Assembly: GCA_964387885.1 (NCBI GenBank) | Contig: CAYLYZ010000012.1 | Span: 6,576 to 70,575, forward strand | Length of the DNA stretch: 64,000 nt | From: an uncultured bacterium | GTDB taxonomy: Bacteria; Electryoneota; AABM5-125-24; Hatepunaeales; Hatepunaeaceae | Direction: 5' to 3' | Part shown: piece by piece, positions 38,842 through 48,769 of the stretch | Layout: each line of letters opens with the position of its first letter | Numbering within the stretch: position 1 is the stretch's first letter | Position numbers and translations under genes: made by a program | The notes under the pieces: model-generated | Databases searched by the model: none | What the model saw: only the letters and a program-made list of their open reading frames with translations | What the model was told of the DNA's origin: nothing

Positions 38842-40500
38842 TTAATTGATGACTTTCGAATCCCATCTATCAATAAGCTTTTTTACTGCAGGATCTGATT
38901 CGGGGACCTGTTGATTGTCTCCTCTCTCAGGAAGTTTTCCAATATGAAATTCAAGACTCGTTTGACCAATATGTGATTGAATTTCCTGTAGAAGTGGCAT
39001 TTGAAGCGCTCTGGCAGTCTCAAGAATTGCTTTTCCGGTAAGGTAAATTTTAAGCCTGCCATTTTTATATTCAACCGGAAATCCCTCGTGAAAAATCATC
39101 CTGCCACGCGAATTATACTTCTCAATAATCTTGTCGCATATCTGCTTCCATGCTCCCTGAACAACGTTCAGTGGATTTTCCGGAACCTCCGGGAGGTTTG
39201 AAGCATGATTAGCATGTGGGACTATCGGAGCAGGATTCGGCTGTGTCGAGGCTGAACTTGCCGAGTTAAGCATATTCTTTTGCTCAGGTATTTTTTTACC
39301 GGAACTCACCTGTTTTGCAGTTTGGGTTCTTCCCGGAACTTTATTTACATTGCCTGTGGAAGCTAAATTTCCTTTTTGTCCGGACAAGTTCTTCAGAACA
39401 TCAGTTAAAATCACACTCTGTTCAAATACCGCAAACTTCAGGAGTAATAACTGCATACGAACGCGAGGATTGAAATTTCTCCTGACATCGGCTTCGGCAG
39501 CAGTTGTTAATTGCAACAGCCTCACTACATCATTCTCTGTCAGCAAATCAATTGCAGCAGTCATGTCATCCCGTGCTTCCTGTGGGATATCGACCCTGTC
39601 AATTCCGAGCGACATTGCCTGCAGCAACTGAACCATATAGCTTTCCAGACCGAGTAAAAAGTCCTGCGGATCCGTACCGCTGCCGGCAAGAGACTCATCA
39701 AGTTTGAACGCCTCAGCAGTGGATCTGCTGCGAACAAGGTCAATAGCTTGAAAATATTCATTTAACCTGACCTCGCCGACCACTTCCATCGCGTCAGCTT
39801 TCATTACCTGCCCTCCGGCATAAGCCAGAACCTGGTCGAGTAAACTCAGGCTGTCTCTAACGGAACCATCTGCTTTTCGAGCAATTATATCGAGAGCGTC
39901 TTCTTCAAACGGAACTTTATCACTTTCACAGATATTATGCAGGTGACCTCTCAATTCGGCAACAGATACTCGTCGGAAATCGAACCTCTGGCAGCGCGAA
40001 ATTATTGTCGCGGGGATTTTTTGAGATTCAGTAGTCGCAAGGCAAAAATAGGCGTGATCGGGTGGTTCTTCGAGGGTTTTGAGCAGGGCGTTGAAGGCTC
40101 CGGAGCTGAGCATATGAACTTCGTCAACAATATATACCTTTGTCTTACCCTCTATCGGGGCATATCTTATCCCCTCACGGAGCTTTCTTATATCGTCAAC
40201 ACCGGTGTTCGATGCAGCATCAATCTCTATGACATCAATAAATCTGCCGTCCGTAATGGCCTGGCAAGGTTCGCATTTTCCACAGGGTTCACCATTATCC
40301 GGTTCGAGACAGTTCAGAGCATGAGCGACCAAACGAGCCGCACTTGTTTTTCCCACACCTCGCGGACCACTGAATAAATAGGCATGAGCCATACGTCCCT
40401 GGCGCAAACCGTTCAGGATGGTTTTCCCTACATGAGGTTGACCTACGAGGTCTTCAAACCGGCGAGGTCGCCAGCGTCGAGCCAAAACTAAATAGCTCAT
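38842..40500 (-). CDS. dnaX: DNA polymerase III subunits gamma/tau
   Basis: N-terminal RWRPRRFEDLVGQ, Walker A GPRGVGKTS and a zinc module CxxC...CxxC. Confidence 0.95.
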   Translation of the reverse strand: MSYLVLARRWRPRRFEDLVGQPHVGKTILNGLRQGRMAHAYLFSGPRGVGKTSAARLVAHALNCLEPDNGEPCGKCEPCQAITDGRFIDVIEIDAASNTGVDDIRKLREGIRYAPIEGKTKVYIVDEVHMLSSGAFNALLKTLEEPPDHAYFCLATTESQKIPATIISRCQRFDFRRVSVAELRGHLHNICESDKVPFEEDALDIIARKADGSVRDSLSLLDQVLAYAGGQVMKADAMEVVGEVRLNEYFQAIDLVRSRSTAEAFKLDESLAGSGTDPQDFLLGLESYMVQLLQAMSLGIDRVDIPQEARDDMTAAIDLLTENDVVRLLQLTTAAEADVRRNFNPRVRMQLLLLKFAVFEQSVILTDVLKNLSGQKGNLASTGNVNKVPGRTQTAKQVSSGKKIPEQKNMLNSASSASTQPNPAPIVPHANHASNLPEVPENPLNVVQGAWKQICDKIIEKYNSRGRMIFHEGFPVEYKNGRLKIYLTGKAILETARALQMPLLQEIQSHIGQTSLEFHIGKLPERGDNQQVPESDPAVKKLIDRWDSKVIN

Positions 40501-40569
40501 AATCTCCAGTATGTTCTGTGGATGTTGTTAAACAGTGCTTAGAAGTATATTCGCATTAAAGTTTTATGT

Positions 40570-40650
40570 TTCTGGCAGGTTTCAAATGAACGAAATGAAT
40601 GTAACCTGCCAGATTATGCTTCGCTTGAAATCAGGCTGTAACTATTCTAA
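40570..40650. ncRNA. candidate structured RNA / repeat element, copy 1 (CTGGCAGGTT-N22-AACCTGCCAG hairpin plus conserved 3' tail)
   Basis: Second copy at 44608-44690 carries a compensatory GGTT/AACC to GTTT/AAAC change in the stem. Strand unknown. Confidence 0.45.
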
Positions 40651-40753
40651 TTTCAAGATGTAAATATACCTTCAAGGACCTATCTTGCTTGCGAATTATC
40701 TAAAAATATTGACACGAATTCTCAAGTTCGGATTTCGTATCAGGTAAGAAATC

Positions 40754-41027
40754 GGCTGTGCCCCACCTTCGATCGTCTCCGTACTGACGTTTACATTAAC
40801 CTCCGACTGATGCCCGGCTATCCCACGGCACCCGGACAAAAACGCTTACCGCTGCTACCTTCCGGTCCTGACGGGGTTCGGCGCGAGTCCGCTGCGTGGG
40901 ACCAGACCTTTAACGCCGTCGAATTAATGCAACTTCAGGGGAGGGGAAACCTCAATGTGGGTATTCAACCCCGCTATAGCGGATTGCGGGTTAAAGGGCA
41001 CCGCTAGCTCCCCGTCTAGCACAGCCA
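40754..41027 (-). ncRNA. ffs: signal recognition particle RNA, long form with Alu domain (Bacillus scRNA type)
   Basis: Minus-strand 5' end GCUAGACGGGGAGCUAGCGGUGCCCUUUAACCCGCAAUCCGCUAUAGC matches B. subtilis scRNA. It contains the S-domain motif GUCAGGACCGGAAGGUAGCAGC. The 3' GCACAGCC pairs with the 5' GGCUGUGC. It lies upstream of dnaX, the conserved synteny. Confidence 0.8.
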
Positions 41028-41150
41028 TTTTGCAGATCATCTTAATCCATAAAGCAGGATTACTTGTAATACCAAATTCAAATATATCAAAAAAACACCT
41101 TTCGACAGCTTTCTTTTAATCAAAATTCGCTACGTCGTTTCAATATTCTG

Positions 41151-41223
41151 TGGAGCTGAGCGGGCTCGAACCGCCGACCTGTACGTTGCGAACGTACCGC
41201 TCTCCCAGCTGAGCTACAGCCCC
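41151..41223 (-). tRNA. tRNA-Ala (anticodon CGC)
   Basis: GGGGCUGUAGCUCAGCUGGGAGAGCG... with a G3:U70 pair. Anticodon loop UUCGCAA. T-arm GGTTCGAGCCCGC. Confidence 0.8.
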
Positions 41224-41582
41224 AATCAGGATGTGTATGTTAATTAACATCTTAAATGCCATATTGTAATACTGGAAAGTTCAGTAAATCAGCAATCGAT
41301 GCCAGACAAATAATATAATTCAAAACTACGTGTCGCTCAACCAATAATCAGTGATTATTCGATGACAAAAAACATTGTCACATGAACTGATGAGAATATA
41401 ATTTTTAATGCTATTCTGCGACTTCTGCCGGTTGAAAGAGTAAGGTTTTATTCGTAAATTAGTAAAAATAAAAACTTGATTGATTTTCTGAAATCCAATA
41501 GACTTAGTCTCAGATGAATCGATCAAATGGGATGTCATTTTTCTGACATTCAGGGAAATCTATGATTCTTTAAGGAATTCAA

Positions 41583-42929
41583 ATGCACACTGAAGCCGAA
41601 TTAAAAGCCTTAGCAAATAAGGCGCTTGGTTTTGTTGACGGTTTTGATGCTGAAGTATTATTGTCCTCTGGAGACAGTGCTTTAACCCGTTTCAGTGAAA
41701 ATGTGATAACACAAAATGTTGCCGGTAGTGACTTAAGTCTTACCATCCGCCTGTTAAAAGATAAGCGAATGGGAAAGGCGGGAACCGGCAACCTTTCTGA
41801 TGAAGGGATTAAGCGTTGCTATGAAACAGCAAAAGCAACGCTTAAAATAGCAGAACCGAACAATGAACTTTTGCCTCTTGTAGAACCTCAGGAATACCTC
41901 AAAAATCCACAATCCTATTTTGAGGCATCTCATCACCTTTCACCGGAAGCACGAGCAGAAGGCGTCGTCAAGGCGGTAGAAGAATGCAAGAAAAACAGCC
42001 TGCAGGCAGCTGGAATTCATTCTAACTCCGGAAGTGCAACAGCAATAGCAAACACAACTGGCCTCTGGGCATATAATCAATCTTCACAGGCAACCCTTTC
42101 TTTATCTGCAATGAGCGATGACTCATCCGGCTGGTCAGAAGACTCCGATTCTGACATCAGCAAGCTGGAAATTGACAGTGTCATCTCAAAAGCAATAAAA
42201 GGAGCCATAGACGGGAAAAAACCCGCAGAGATTGAACCAGGTGCATACACAGTAATCTTTGAGCCGGCTGCAGTGGCAGATTTCTTACTCTTTCTCGGGT
42301 GGGAAGGTTTAAATGGTCTTTCATTTGTTGAGGGAAGAAGTTGCTTTACTGAAAGAGTTGGGAATAAAATCGTAGGTGATAACATAACGTTACGTGATGA
42401 TTTTACCCATCCTCTCACCCCCGGAACACCTTTTGATTTTGAGGGTTGCGCCAAGCGACCGGTAACTCTTATTGAGAATGGAGTTTTCAAAACTACAGTA
42501 CATGACCGAAGAACTGCGATAAAAGCCGGAGTTGAGACCACCGGACACTCACTCCCGCAGCCCGATACATACGGACCAATGCCGTTGAACCTTGTAATGT
42601 CACCCGGGGAATCTTCAATCGAGGAAATGATTGCTTCAACAGAAAACGGGCTTCTGGTCACGAGGCTTCATTACTCAAATATCCTGAATCCGATGATAAT
42701 GATGTTAACCGGAATGACACGTGATGGCCTCTTTGCGATTAAAAACGGTAAGGTAACAGGCGGAGTGAAGAACATGCGCTATACGGAATCTGTCCTGCAC
42801 GTTCTTTCCAACGTTGAAGCACTGTCGAGTAAGTTATACAAGACGGAAACATTCTGGGGTGGTGGCGGCACAGTTGTACCAGCCATCAAGGTTAACGATT
42901 TCCATTTCACCAGTAAGACCGAGAATTAA
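41583..42929 (+). CDS. pmbA: TldE/PmbA-family metalloprotease modulator
   Basis: 448 aa with PmbA_TldD-fold signatures. It is paired with tldD immediately downstream. Confidence 0.8.
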   Translation: MHTEAELKALANKALGFVDGFDAEVLLSSGDSALTRFSENVITQNVAGSDLSLTIRLLKDKRMGKAGTGNLSDEGIKRCYETAKATLKIAEPNNELLPLVEPQEYLKNPQSYFEASHHLSPEARAEGVVKAVEECKKNSLQAAGIHSNSGSATAIANTTGLWAYNQSSQATLSLSAMSDDSSGWSEDSDSDISKLEIDSVISKAIKGAIDGKKPAEIEPGAYTVIFEPAAVADFLLFLGWEGLNGLSFVEGRSCFTERVGNKIVGDNITLRDDFTHPLTPGTPFDFEGCAKRPVTLIENGVFKTTVHDRRTAIKAGVETTGHSLPQPDTYGPMPLNLVMSPGESSIEEMIASTENGLLVTRLHYSNILNPMIMMLTGMTRDGLFAIKNGKVTGGVKNMRYTESVLHVLSNVEALSSKLYKTETFWGGGGTVVPAIKVNDFHFTSKTEN

Positions 42930-42939
42930 GGAGTGATAA

Positions 42940-44385
42940 ATGCGTAATTTAGCTGAGCGAGCTATTGAAACGGCAAAGACACGTGGCGCAAGCTATGCAG
43001 ATTGCCGAATTATCTTCATAAAAGAAGAAGAAATGACAGTCAAGAATGGTCGGGTTGGAAGTCTCGGAATTGGTGAAGACCTTGGATTTGGTGTGCGTGT
43101 AATTGCCGATGGAGCGTGGGGATTCGCTTACAGTCCGGATGTGACAGCTGACAATATTGATAAAGTAGCTGCTGAAGCTGTGCGGATTGCAAAAGCATCT
43201 GCGAAACTAAAGATTCAGGATGTAAAGCTTGCTCCGGAACCCGTTGTTGATGAAATCTGGCAGACTCCCATATCTGAAGATCCATTTTCAGTTCCTCTCG
43301 AAGAAAAACTGGCATTACTTTTTGAAATCGATAAACTGCTTCGTGCCGACAAGAAAATAGCCAACGCTGAGGGTACACTTGCATTCAAATCTGAACATCA
43401 GTGGATGGCAACGAGTGAGGGTTCTTTTATCGATCAATTACTCATTCGCAGTGGTGCCGGATATTCAGCCACTGCAGTGGGCAACGATGAAGTTCAGGTC
43501 AGAAGTTATCCTAATTCATTCCGAGGGCAATATATGACTCAAGGTTATGAACTGGTCCGCGGAATGGGACTTAAAGATCATGCAGAACGAGTTCGAGAAG
43601 AAGCAATTGAGCTGCTAACGGCTCCAACTCTCCCACCTGGAAAGCGTGATACAATTATCGACGGGAGCATGTTGGGTCTGCAAATTCATGAGTCTGTCGG
43701 TCACGCGACAGAATTAGACCGTGTACTCGGCATGGAAGCCAATTATGCCGGAATGAGTTTTGTAACAACAGAAAAACTGAACAATTTCCAGTATGGCTCA
43801 GAACATGTCAATCTCGTCTGCGATTCAACTGTACCCGCTGGATTGGCAACTCTTGGATGGGATGATGATGGTGTAAGAGCCCAACGCTGGCATCTGGTTA
43901 AGAATGGAAAATTTGTCGGTTACCAGTTTAACCGGGAATTAGCTCACACTATCAATGCAGAGAGATCAAGTGGTAACAGCCGGGCACAAGGGTGGAATAA
44001 CATCCCGATTGTAAGGATAACTAATCTGTCTCTCATGCCGGGAAGCTGGAAATTGGACGACTTGATGGCGGACACAGAAGGTGGTTTGTTTATGGAAACC
44101 AACCGCAGCTGGTCAATTGACCAATGGCGGCTCAACTTCCAATTTGGTGTCGAAGCATGCTGGGAGATCAAAGGTGGAAAGAAAGGACAACTTTACAAAA
44201 ACGCAAATTATCAGGGAATCACTCCACAATTCTGGGGTTCGGTTGATGCAGTAGCAAACCAGGATCACTGGACGTTATGGGGCGTTCACAATTGCGGTAA
44301 AGGACAACCCGGTCAAACTGCCGAGATGAGTCATGGTGCAGCTCCGACAAGATTCCGTGATTTGACAGTTGGGGTTGGGAATTAA
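42940..44385 (+). CDS. tldD: TldD metalloprotease
   Basis: HESVGHATELD (HExxxH) motif and a Gly-rich C-terminal region. 481 aa. Confidence 0.85.
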   Translation: MRNLAERAIETAKTRGASYADCRIIFIKEEEMTVKNGRVGSLGIGEDLGFGVRVIADGAWGFAYSPDVTADNIDKVAAEAVRIAKASAKLKIQDVKLAPEPVVDEIWQTPISEDPFSVPLEEKLALLFEIDKLLRADKKIANAEGTLAFKSEHQWMATSEGSFIDQLLIRSGAGYSATAVGNDEVQVRSYPNSFRGQYMTQGYELVRGMGLKDHAERVREEAIELLTAPTLPPGKRDTIIDGSMLGLQIHESVGHATELDRVLGMEANYAGMSFVTTEKLNNFQYGSEHVNLVCDSTVPAGLATLGWDDDGVRAQRWHLVKNGKFVGYQFNRELAHTINAERSSGNSRAQGWNNIPIVRITNLSLMPGSWKLDDLMADTEGGLFMETNRSWSIDQWRLNFQFGVEACWEIKGGKKGQLYKNANYQGITPQFWGSVDAVANQDHWTLWGVHNCGKGQPGQTAEMSHGAAPTRFRDLTVGVGN

Positions 44386-44436
44386 GCAACCAGTCATTTC
44401 CCCACTGCGGGAATCCAGCAAGTATCTCACTATTCT

Positions 44437-44510
44437 GAGGGGAACCCGGACATTCCTGTCCGGGATTCCTAATATTTTAACCCGGTCGCCTCGGCCGGGT
44501 TAACTGTTTT
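44437..44510. repeat. REP family 1 variant (GGGGAACCCGGACATTCCTGTCCGGG) followed by hairpin AACCCGGTCGCCTCGGCCGGGTT and a T-tract
   Basis: Palindromes read directly. Probably the tldD terminator region. Confidence 0.65.
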
Positions 44511-44607
44511 CAGTAGCGTAGGCGTCCCTGCCTACGAAAACGTCTGGGGCGTTTTTTCCTGCATTCTAACACTTCTCAAAAGTATTTTCGTATAGATACT
44601 TACGATG

Positions 44608-44690
44608 TCTCTGGCTGTTTTCAAATGAACGAAGTAAATGTAAACTGCCAGATTACGCTTCGCTTGAAATCAGGCAGTAACCACTTTTAA
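44608..44690. ncRNA. candidate structured RNA / repeat element, copy 2
   Basis: About 85% identical to 40570-40650, with a compensatory stem change. Confidence 0.45.
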
Positions 44691-44847
44691 TAGTCATGCG
44701 AAAGCACTCTCAGGCACTGCATTAACTAAATTCAACACTCATGGGGGCGTGTGCTACAATACTGACGCTATCAAATTCACTTCAAACACAATCCTGTTCG
44801 TGTCGTATAAAATTGTGACGACTTTCATTCATCAAATGATGAGATTA

Positions 44848-45621
44848 ATGAACAAAAGAAACACACCGTTCGGCACAACGCTAATCCTGGTGCTGACGAT
44901 AATTCTACTTTTAGGGGGTAACCTGATGGCTGACGAAGGACACGAACACGGACAATACTTATCCGATGAAGCGACAGTTGAAAAAATCTATTCCCTCCTC
45001 ACATCTGACAATTTGGATTCAGCAGTTGCCTATTTAAAAGGACTCGGAGAAGACAAGATTGTAGTCAATACCTGGATAGGTGTCCAATGCGATATCAACA
45101 ATGTTAAGAAAGATCCACGAATATCCGCCGTGATAGGTCAGGCTGGAGTGGAGTACTGCATTGATAAAGACTATAAATTACCTGCAGCGATGCTGCTGCA
45201 TAACATCTCAGCTTTTTTCATGCCGAAATTCGATGAGGGAGTTGCTCCTGCGGATATCTCAACAATACTCGAAGCTGCTAAAAGGCAGGTCATTCTCAGA
45301 CGCCAAATTAAACAGGATGGTCCACTAATGTGGGCACTATGGGATGAAGGGCTCGCAAAACTTGCTGCTGGAGATGCAGTAGGTGCAATAGTACAACTCG
45401 AAGAGGGCGTCTCTATCGCTCAGAAGAATGAAGACAAAGACGGAGAGGCGTGGTGCTGCATGTTTATCGGTAAAGCGAAGTACAAGCACACACCATCCCA
45501 AAAAGAAGAAGGAAAAAAGGAAATGCTCGCTGCTGCCAAAGTCTTGATGGAAATTGGTCAGGACTGGGAGAAGGAATCGGCGGTTGAAATTCTTGCATCG
45601 GTGGGATTGAAACTTGATTAA
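44848..45621 (+). CDS. hypothetical secreted protein
   Basis: Signal peptide MNKRNTPFGTTLILVLTIILLLGG. No family recognised. Confidence 0.4.
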   Translation: MNKRNTPFGTTLILVLTIILLLGGNLMADEGHEHGQYLSDEATVEKIYSLLTSDNLDSAVAYLKGLGEDKIVVNTWIGVQCDINNVKKDPRISAVIGQAGVEYCIDKDYKLPAAMLLHNISAFFMPKFDEGVAPADISTILEAAKRQVILRRQIKQDGPLMWALWDEGLAKLAAGDAVGAIVQLEEGVSIAQKNEDKDGEAWCCMFIGKAKYKHTPSQKEEGKKEMLAAAKVLMEIGQDWEKESAVEILASVGLKLD

Positions 45622-46055
45622 TAATCATGTGGTTTGCATGATTTTGCGTGATGGGCTGTTCAAAATTTTGGGCAGCCTTTTTTTATCCCATTCTCGATGG
45701 AACTGGGGAATCACACCATTTAGGGAGTATGGACATTTCTATCCGGAATTGCAATGAGGTAGGCCGGGAACAACTGCATCCCGGTGATTTCGGTTGCGCT
45801 AATACGCTTTCACCCAGAATTCAAAAACCTCTTTCGTTGAAACACCCAAACCCTCATACACGCTATTCGAGGGATTTGGTTCGGGTGCTGAGGAAAGGTA
45901 ACAGTGCTCTACACCCGCGTTTTTCATTCTCCCGAACTTTTCCAGAAGTAATGCCTTCACCAAATCCATTCTTCTGAAAGGTAACTGAAATAATAGAATT
46001 TGAATTTTGTCTTTTCGGAGTAAAACTCAATTAAATGTTCACATTGACTTTTACG

Positions 46056-46132
46056 GTTTCGTAGGGCGGAATCTCATTCCGCTGGAAAGTTAATCTACGG
46101 TAGGTTATTGTCGGGATGAGATCCCGACCTAC
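46056..46132. repeat. REP family 2 full unit (GTAGGGCGGAATCTCATTCCGC ... CTACGGTAGG ... GTCGGGATGAGATCCCGACCTAC)
   Basis: Two hairpins per unit. Confidence 0.8.
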
Positions 46133-46268
46133 TTCATGGAGGTAATATCAAACACCTCCAACACAATCATTATATCACTTGTTTTCTTTACATAATTATA
46201 TTACAATTTGTTAGTTTCAATTATGAAACATTAGAAATTATCTGGAAATTCAATATTAGGGAAAAACG

Positions 46269-46460
46269 ATGGCATTAAATGTTGAAAATCGAGATGACCT
46301 TTTGCCGATTTGTCCACATTGCAAAAAGGATATTGACAAAGTTTATGCACGGGATCTGAAAAATGATATTATTGGTAGTCGAAGAATCATTTATTTCTGT
46401 CCCCATTGCCGAGCCAGTCTTGGAGTCTCGCATCGAAAGGGATTTTTCCTGGGATTATAG
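46269..46460 (+). CDS. small zinc-ribbon protein (CPHC-x23-CPHC), hypothetical
   Basis: 63-aa ORF flanked on both sides by REP family 2 units. Weak RBS. Confidence 0.3.
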   Translation: MALNVENRDDLLPICPHCKKDIDKVYARDLKNDIIGSRRIIYFCPHCRASLGVSHRKGFFLGL

Positions 46461-46466
46461 GAAACA

Positions 46467-46543
46467 GTTTCGTAGGGCGGAATCTTATTCCGCCGAACAA
46501 TTATTCTACGGTAGGTTATTGTCGGGATAAGATCCCGACCTAC
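46467..46543. repeat. REP family 2 full unit
   Basis: Near-identical to 46056-46132. Confidence 0.8.
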
Positions 46544-46608
46544 GCAATTGCTACTGAGGAAAAGGGGCACGGGCATCGGGTCCCTACAATTCAAAACAAG
46601 AGTTGAAG

Positions 46609-48402
46609 TTACAGTAAAAACATCAAACACAAATAGATAACAACTGGGATTGTAATCAAACCCACAGGGTAAATACTCCTGTGAATGCTGCGTCTAATGA
46701 CTGCCCTGATTGAATCGCGGGAGTCTTTATTGAAACCGGAAACTACTAATACCGGTGTGATACTGAAATTAACAGCGTTTGCGATCCCTGCCTGAGCGAA
46801 AATGTTGACTCGACGTGTGATCCCACCGATGAAGACTCGGTCAGCTACTTTGTTAAAATTGTTGAAACCCCAGTCTGTGATCCTGTAGAACAATTTTCCA
46901 CCTTTGCGGTAGAACCAGTCGAAATCGAGATTTGTTGCTCGAATTTCTGCCGGGTGCAAACCTGAATAGGTGAAAAATACAAATGCTAATGCTGCGAACA
47001 GCAGAAGTTGTAATTGACCGACCACGTGTGCGGCAGTATATGGCACATAATCAACTACGTATGGGAGAATGTTATAGAGGAATTTCGGAAAGATTCCAAT
47101 AAAAACACAGAAGAAGGCTGCAATACCCATTGCGATTAACATGTTCAGAGGTGGCTCCTTCACACGAATTCCAGAGTCTTTCCCAAAGAAAGCGAAGAAC
47201 GGAACCTTTATCCCTGCATGATGAAGTACGCCTGCTGAAGCGAATTGGAGAATTAACCAGATTACGACGAGGTGTTCATGTCCGGAAGCACTAACTATCA
47301 TCGACTTGCTAATGAAACCGCTGAAAAGTGGGAAGGCTGAAATAGAGGCGGCTCCGATTATGCAGAATAATGCCGTCAATGGCATGGTTTTGTATATCCC
47401 ACCCAGATCAGTACACTTTACCTTGCCCGTCATCTGCAGAACACTTCCAACTGACATGAAGAGCAGAGCTTTGTAGAGGATATGGGAGAATGCATGTGAC
47501 ACTGTGCCGTTGAGGGAGAGCTCTGTCCCTATGCCAATGCCGACCATCATGAAGCCGACCTGATTCATCAAACTGTATGAAAGGACGCGCCTGAGATCGT
47601 TTTCTATTACAGCAAAGAATATCGGGAATATCGTCATAATCGCGCCGAGCCAGACCAGTAACTCTGTGCCAGGAAAAGTCCTCGCCATGAGGTAAACCGC
47701 GCTCTTGGTGGTCATTGCACTTAAAAAAACAGCACCGGTAACGGTAGCATTGGGGTAGGCATCCGGTAGCCAACCGTGTAGCGGTGGAATTGCAGCGTTA
47801 ACGGCTATCCCGAGGAAAATCAGCCAGGAGGATAAGCCATTTAGACCGATAAAAGAGAATTCGGTTGTTCCACGTTCATGGATGTACATCATTATTCCAG
47901 CGAGCAGAATCAATCCGCCAACTATGTGAACCAGCACATATCGGTATGCAGCGCGTTGTGATTCTTTTGTCCGATTGGCGAGGACCAGGAAAGTCGAACA
48001 GACTGACATAATCTCCCAGAATATGTACAGGCTGAACACATCTCCTGCAAATGTTACCCCGAGTGCTCCTCCGGCATAGCAGAGAGCTGCGATGTGCTGG
48101 ATGTCATCCTTGACCTTCAGCGCGAAAAGGACGCCAATGAACGATATCAGGGTGAAGATATAAGCAAAAACGAGACTGAGCTTATCGACACGGTTCAGAA
48201 CAATGTCGAAGTCATGAATGACAAATGCACACGATTTCCCTTCCGGCAGGCTGAGAATGACCACATAAACCAGTACTGGCAGGAGCAGCATGTAGACTTG
48301 CTTCAGCTTGCCTTTGATGAGTGGCAGAAGCAACGCACCAACAATGAAAATTGCTGCCGGTGGGAGATTACTCATCATAGTATTTCTCATCACGCTTGAC
48401 AA
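46609..48402 (-). CDS. Mrp antiporter subunit A-like / NuoL-family proton-pumping subunit (no C-terminal MrpB-like extension)
   Basis: 597 aa, polytopic, with conserved complex-I antiporter-like segments. Confidence 0.75.
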   Translation of the reverse strand: MSSVMRNTMMSNLPPAAIFIVGALLLPLIKGKLKQVYMLLLPVLVYVVILSLPEGKSCAFVIHDFDIVLNRVDKLSLVFAYIFTLISFIGVLFALKVKDDIQHIAALCYAGGALGVTFAGDVFSLYIFWEIMSVCSTFLVLANRTKESQRAAYRYVLVHIVGGLILLAGIMMYIHERGTTEFSFIGLNGLSSWLIFLGIAVNAAIPPLHGWLPDAYPNATVTGAVFLSAMTTKSAVYLMARTFPGTELLVWLGAIMTIFPIFFAVIENDLRRVLSYSLMNQVGFMMVGIGIGTELSLNGTVSHAFSHILYKALLFMSVGSVLQMTGKVKCTDLGGIYKTMPLTALFCIIGAASISAFPLFSGFISKSMIVSASGHEHLVVIWLILQFASAGVLHHAGIKVPFFAFFGKDSGIRVKEPPLNMLIAMGIAAFFCVFIGIFPKFLYNILPYVVDYVPYTAAHVVGQLQLLLFAALAFVFFTYSGLHPAEIRATNLDFDWFYRKGGKLFYRITDWGFNNFNKVADRVFIGGITRRVNIFAQAGIANAVNFSITPVLVVSGFNKDSRDSIRAVIRRSIHRSIYPVGLITIPVVIYLCLMFLL

Positions 48403-48613
48403 TAAACCGCAGTACCACCGAAACGATGATCAAAATTACATATGACACGAAGCCGTATGCTGAGTAAAAGTTGACCTTATCCTCCCACGGGAAATAGCCG
48501 TGTTTAGGGACGAAAAAGTCAATCCCAACCAGCAAGCCGAGCGCGATATACAAAGACCAAACCAGTATCTTTATGTTGCGCGGATTGTCAAATATTTTGA
48601 ACTCTTTCTTCAT
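48368..48613 (-). CDS. small 2-TM membrane protein within the mrp cluster
   Basis: 81 aa. Overlaps the start of the downstream gene by 35 nt, suggesting translational coupling. Confidence 0.4.
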   Translation of the reverse strand: MKKEFKIFDNPRNIKILVWSLYIALGLLVGIDFFVPKHGYFPWEDKVNFYSAYGFVSYVILIIVSVVLRFIVKRDEKYYDE

Positions 48614-48769
48614 TTAATGCGTTACTAAGCTTCCCTTCTTGTTAGGAAATTAAAGAATAAACGTCAGGATCAAGTATCCTACAGAAATTGCAATGGCTAC
48701 AAACAGCGCGGTTTTATAGCCGGGAACTGCTTCGTGCTCAGTATTGTTATTTTCTTCTGTCACGGTAAC

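Noticed and set aside
40810-41007. 65-aa ORF on the plus strand
   Set aside because: It lies entirely inside the minus-strand SRP RNA gene and its GC-rich ORF is a by-product of RNA secondary-structure sequence.
45648-45977. 109-aa plus-strand ORF downstream of the secreted hypothetical gene
   Set aside because: No RBS and no recognisable family. Composition is atypical (Cys/His/Pro-rich, low hydrophobic periodicity). Likely non-coding spacer.
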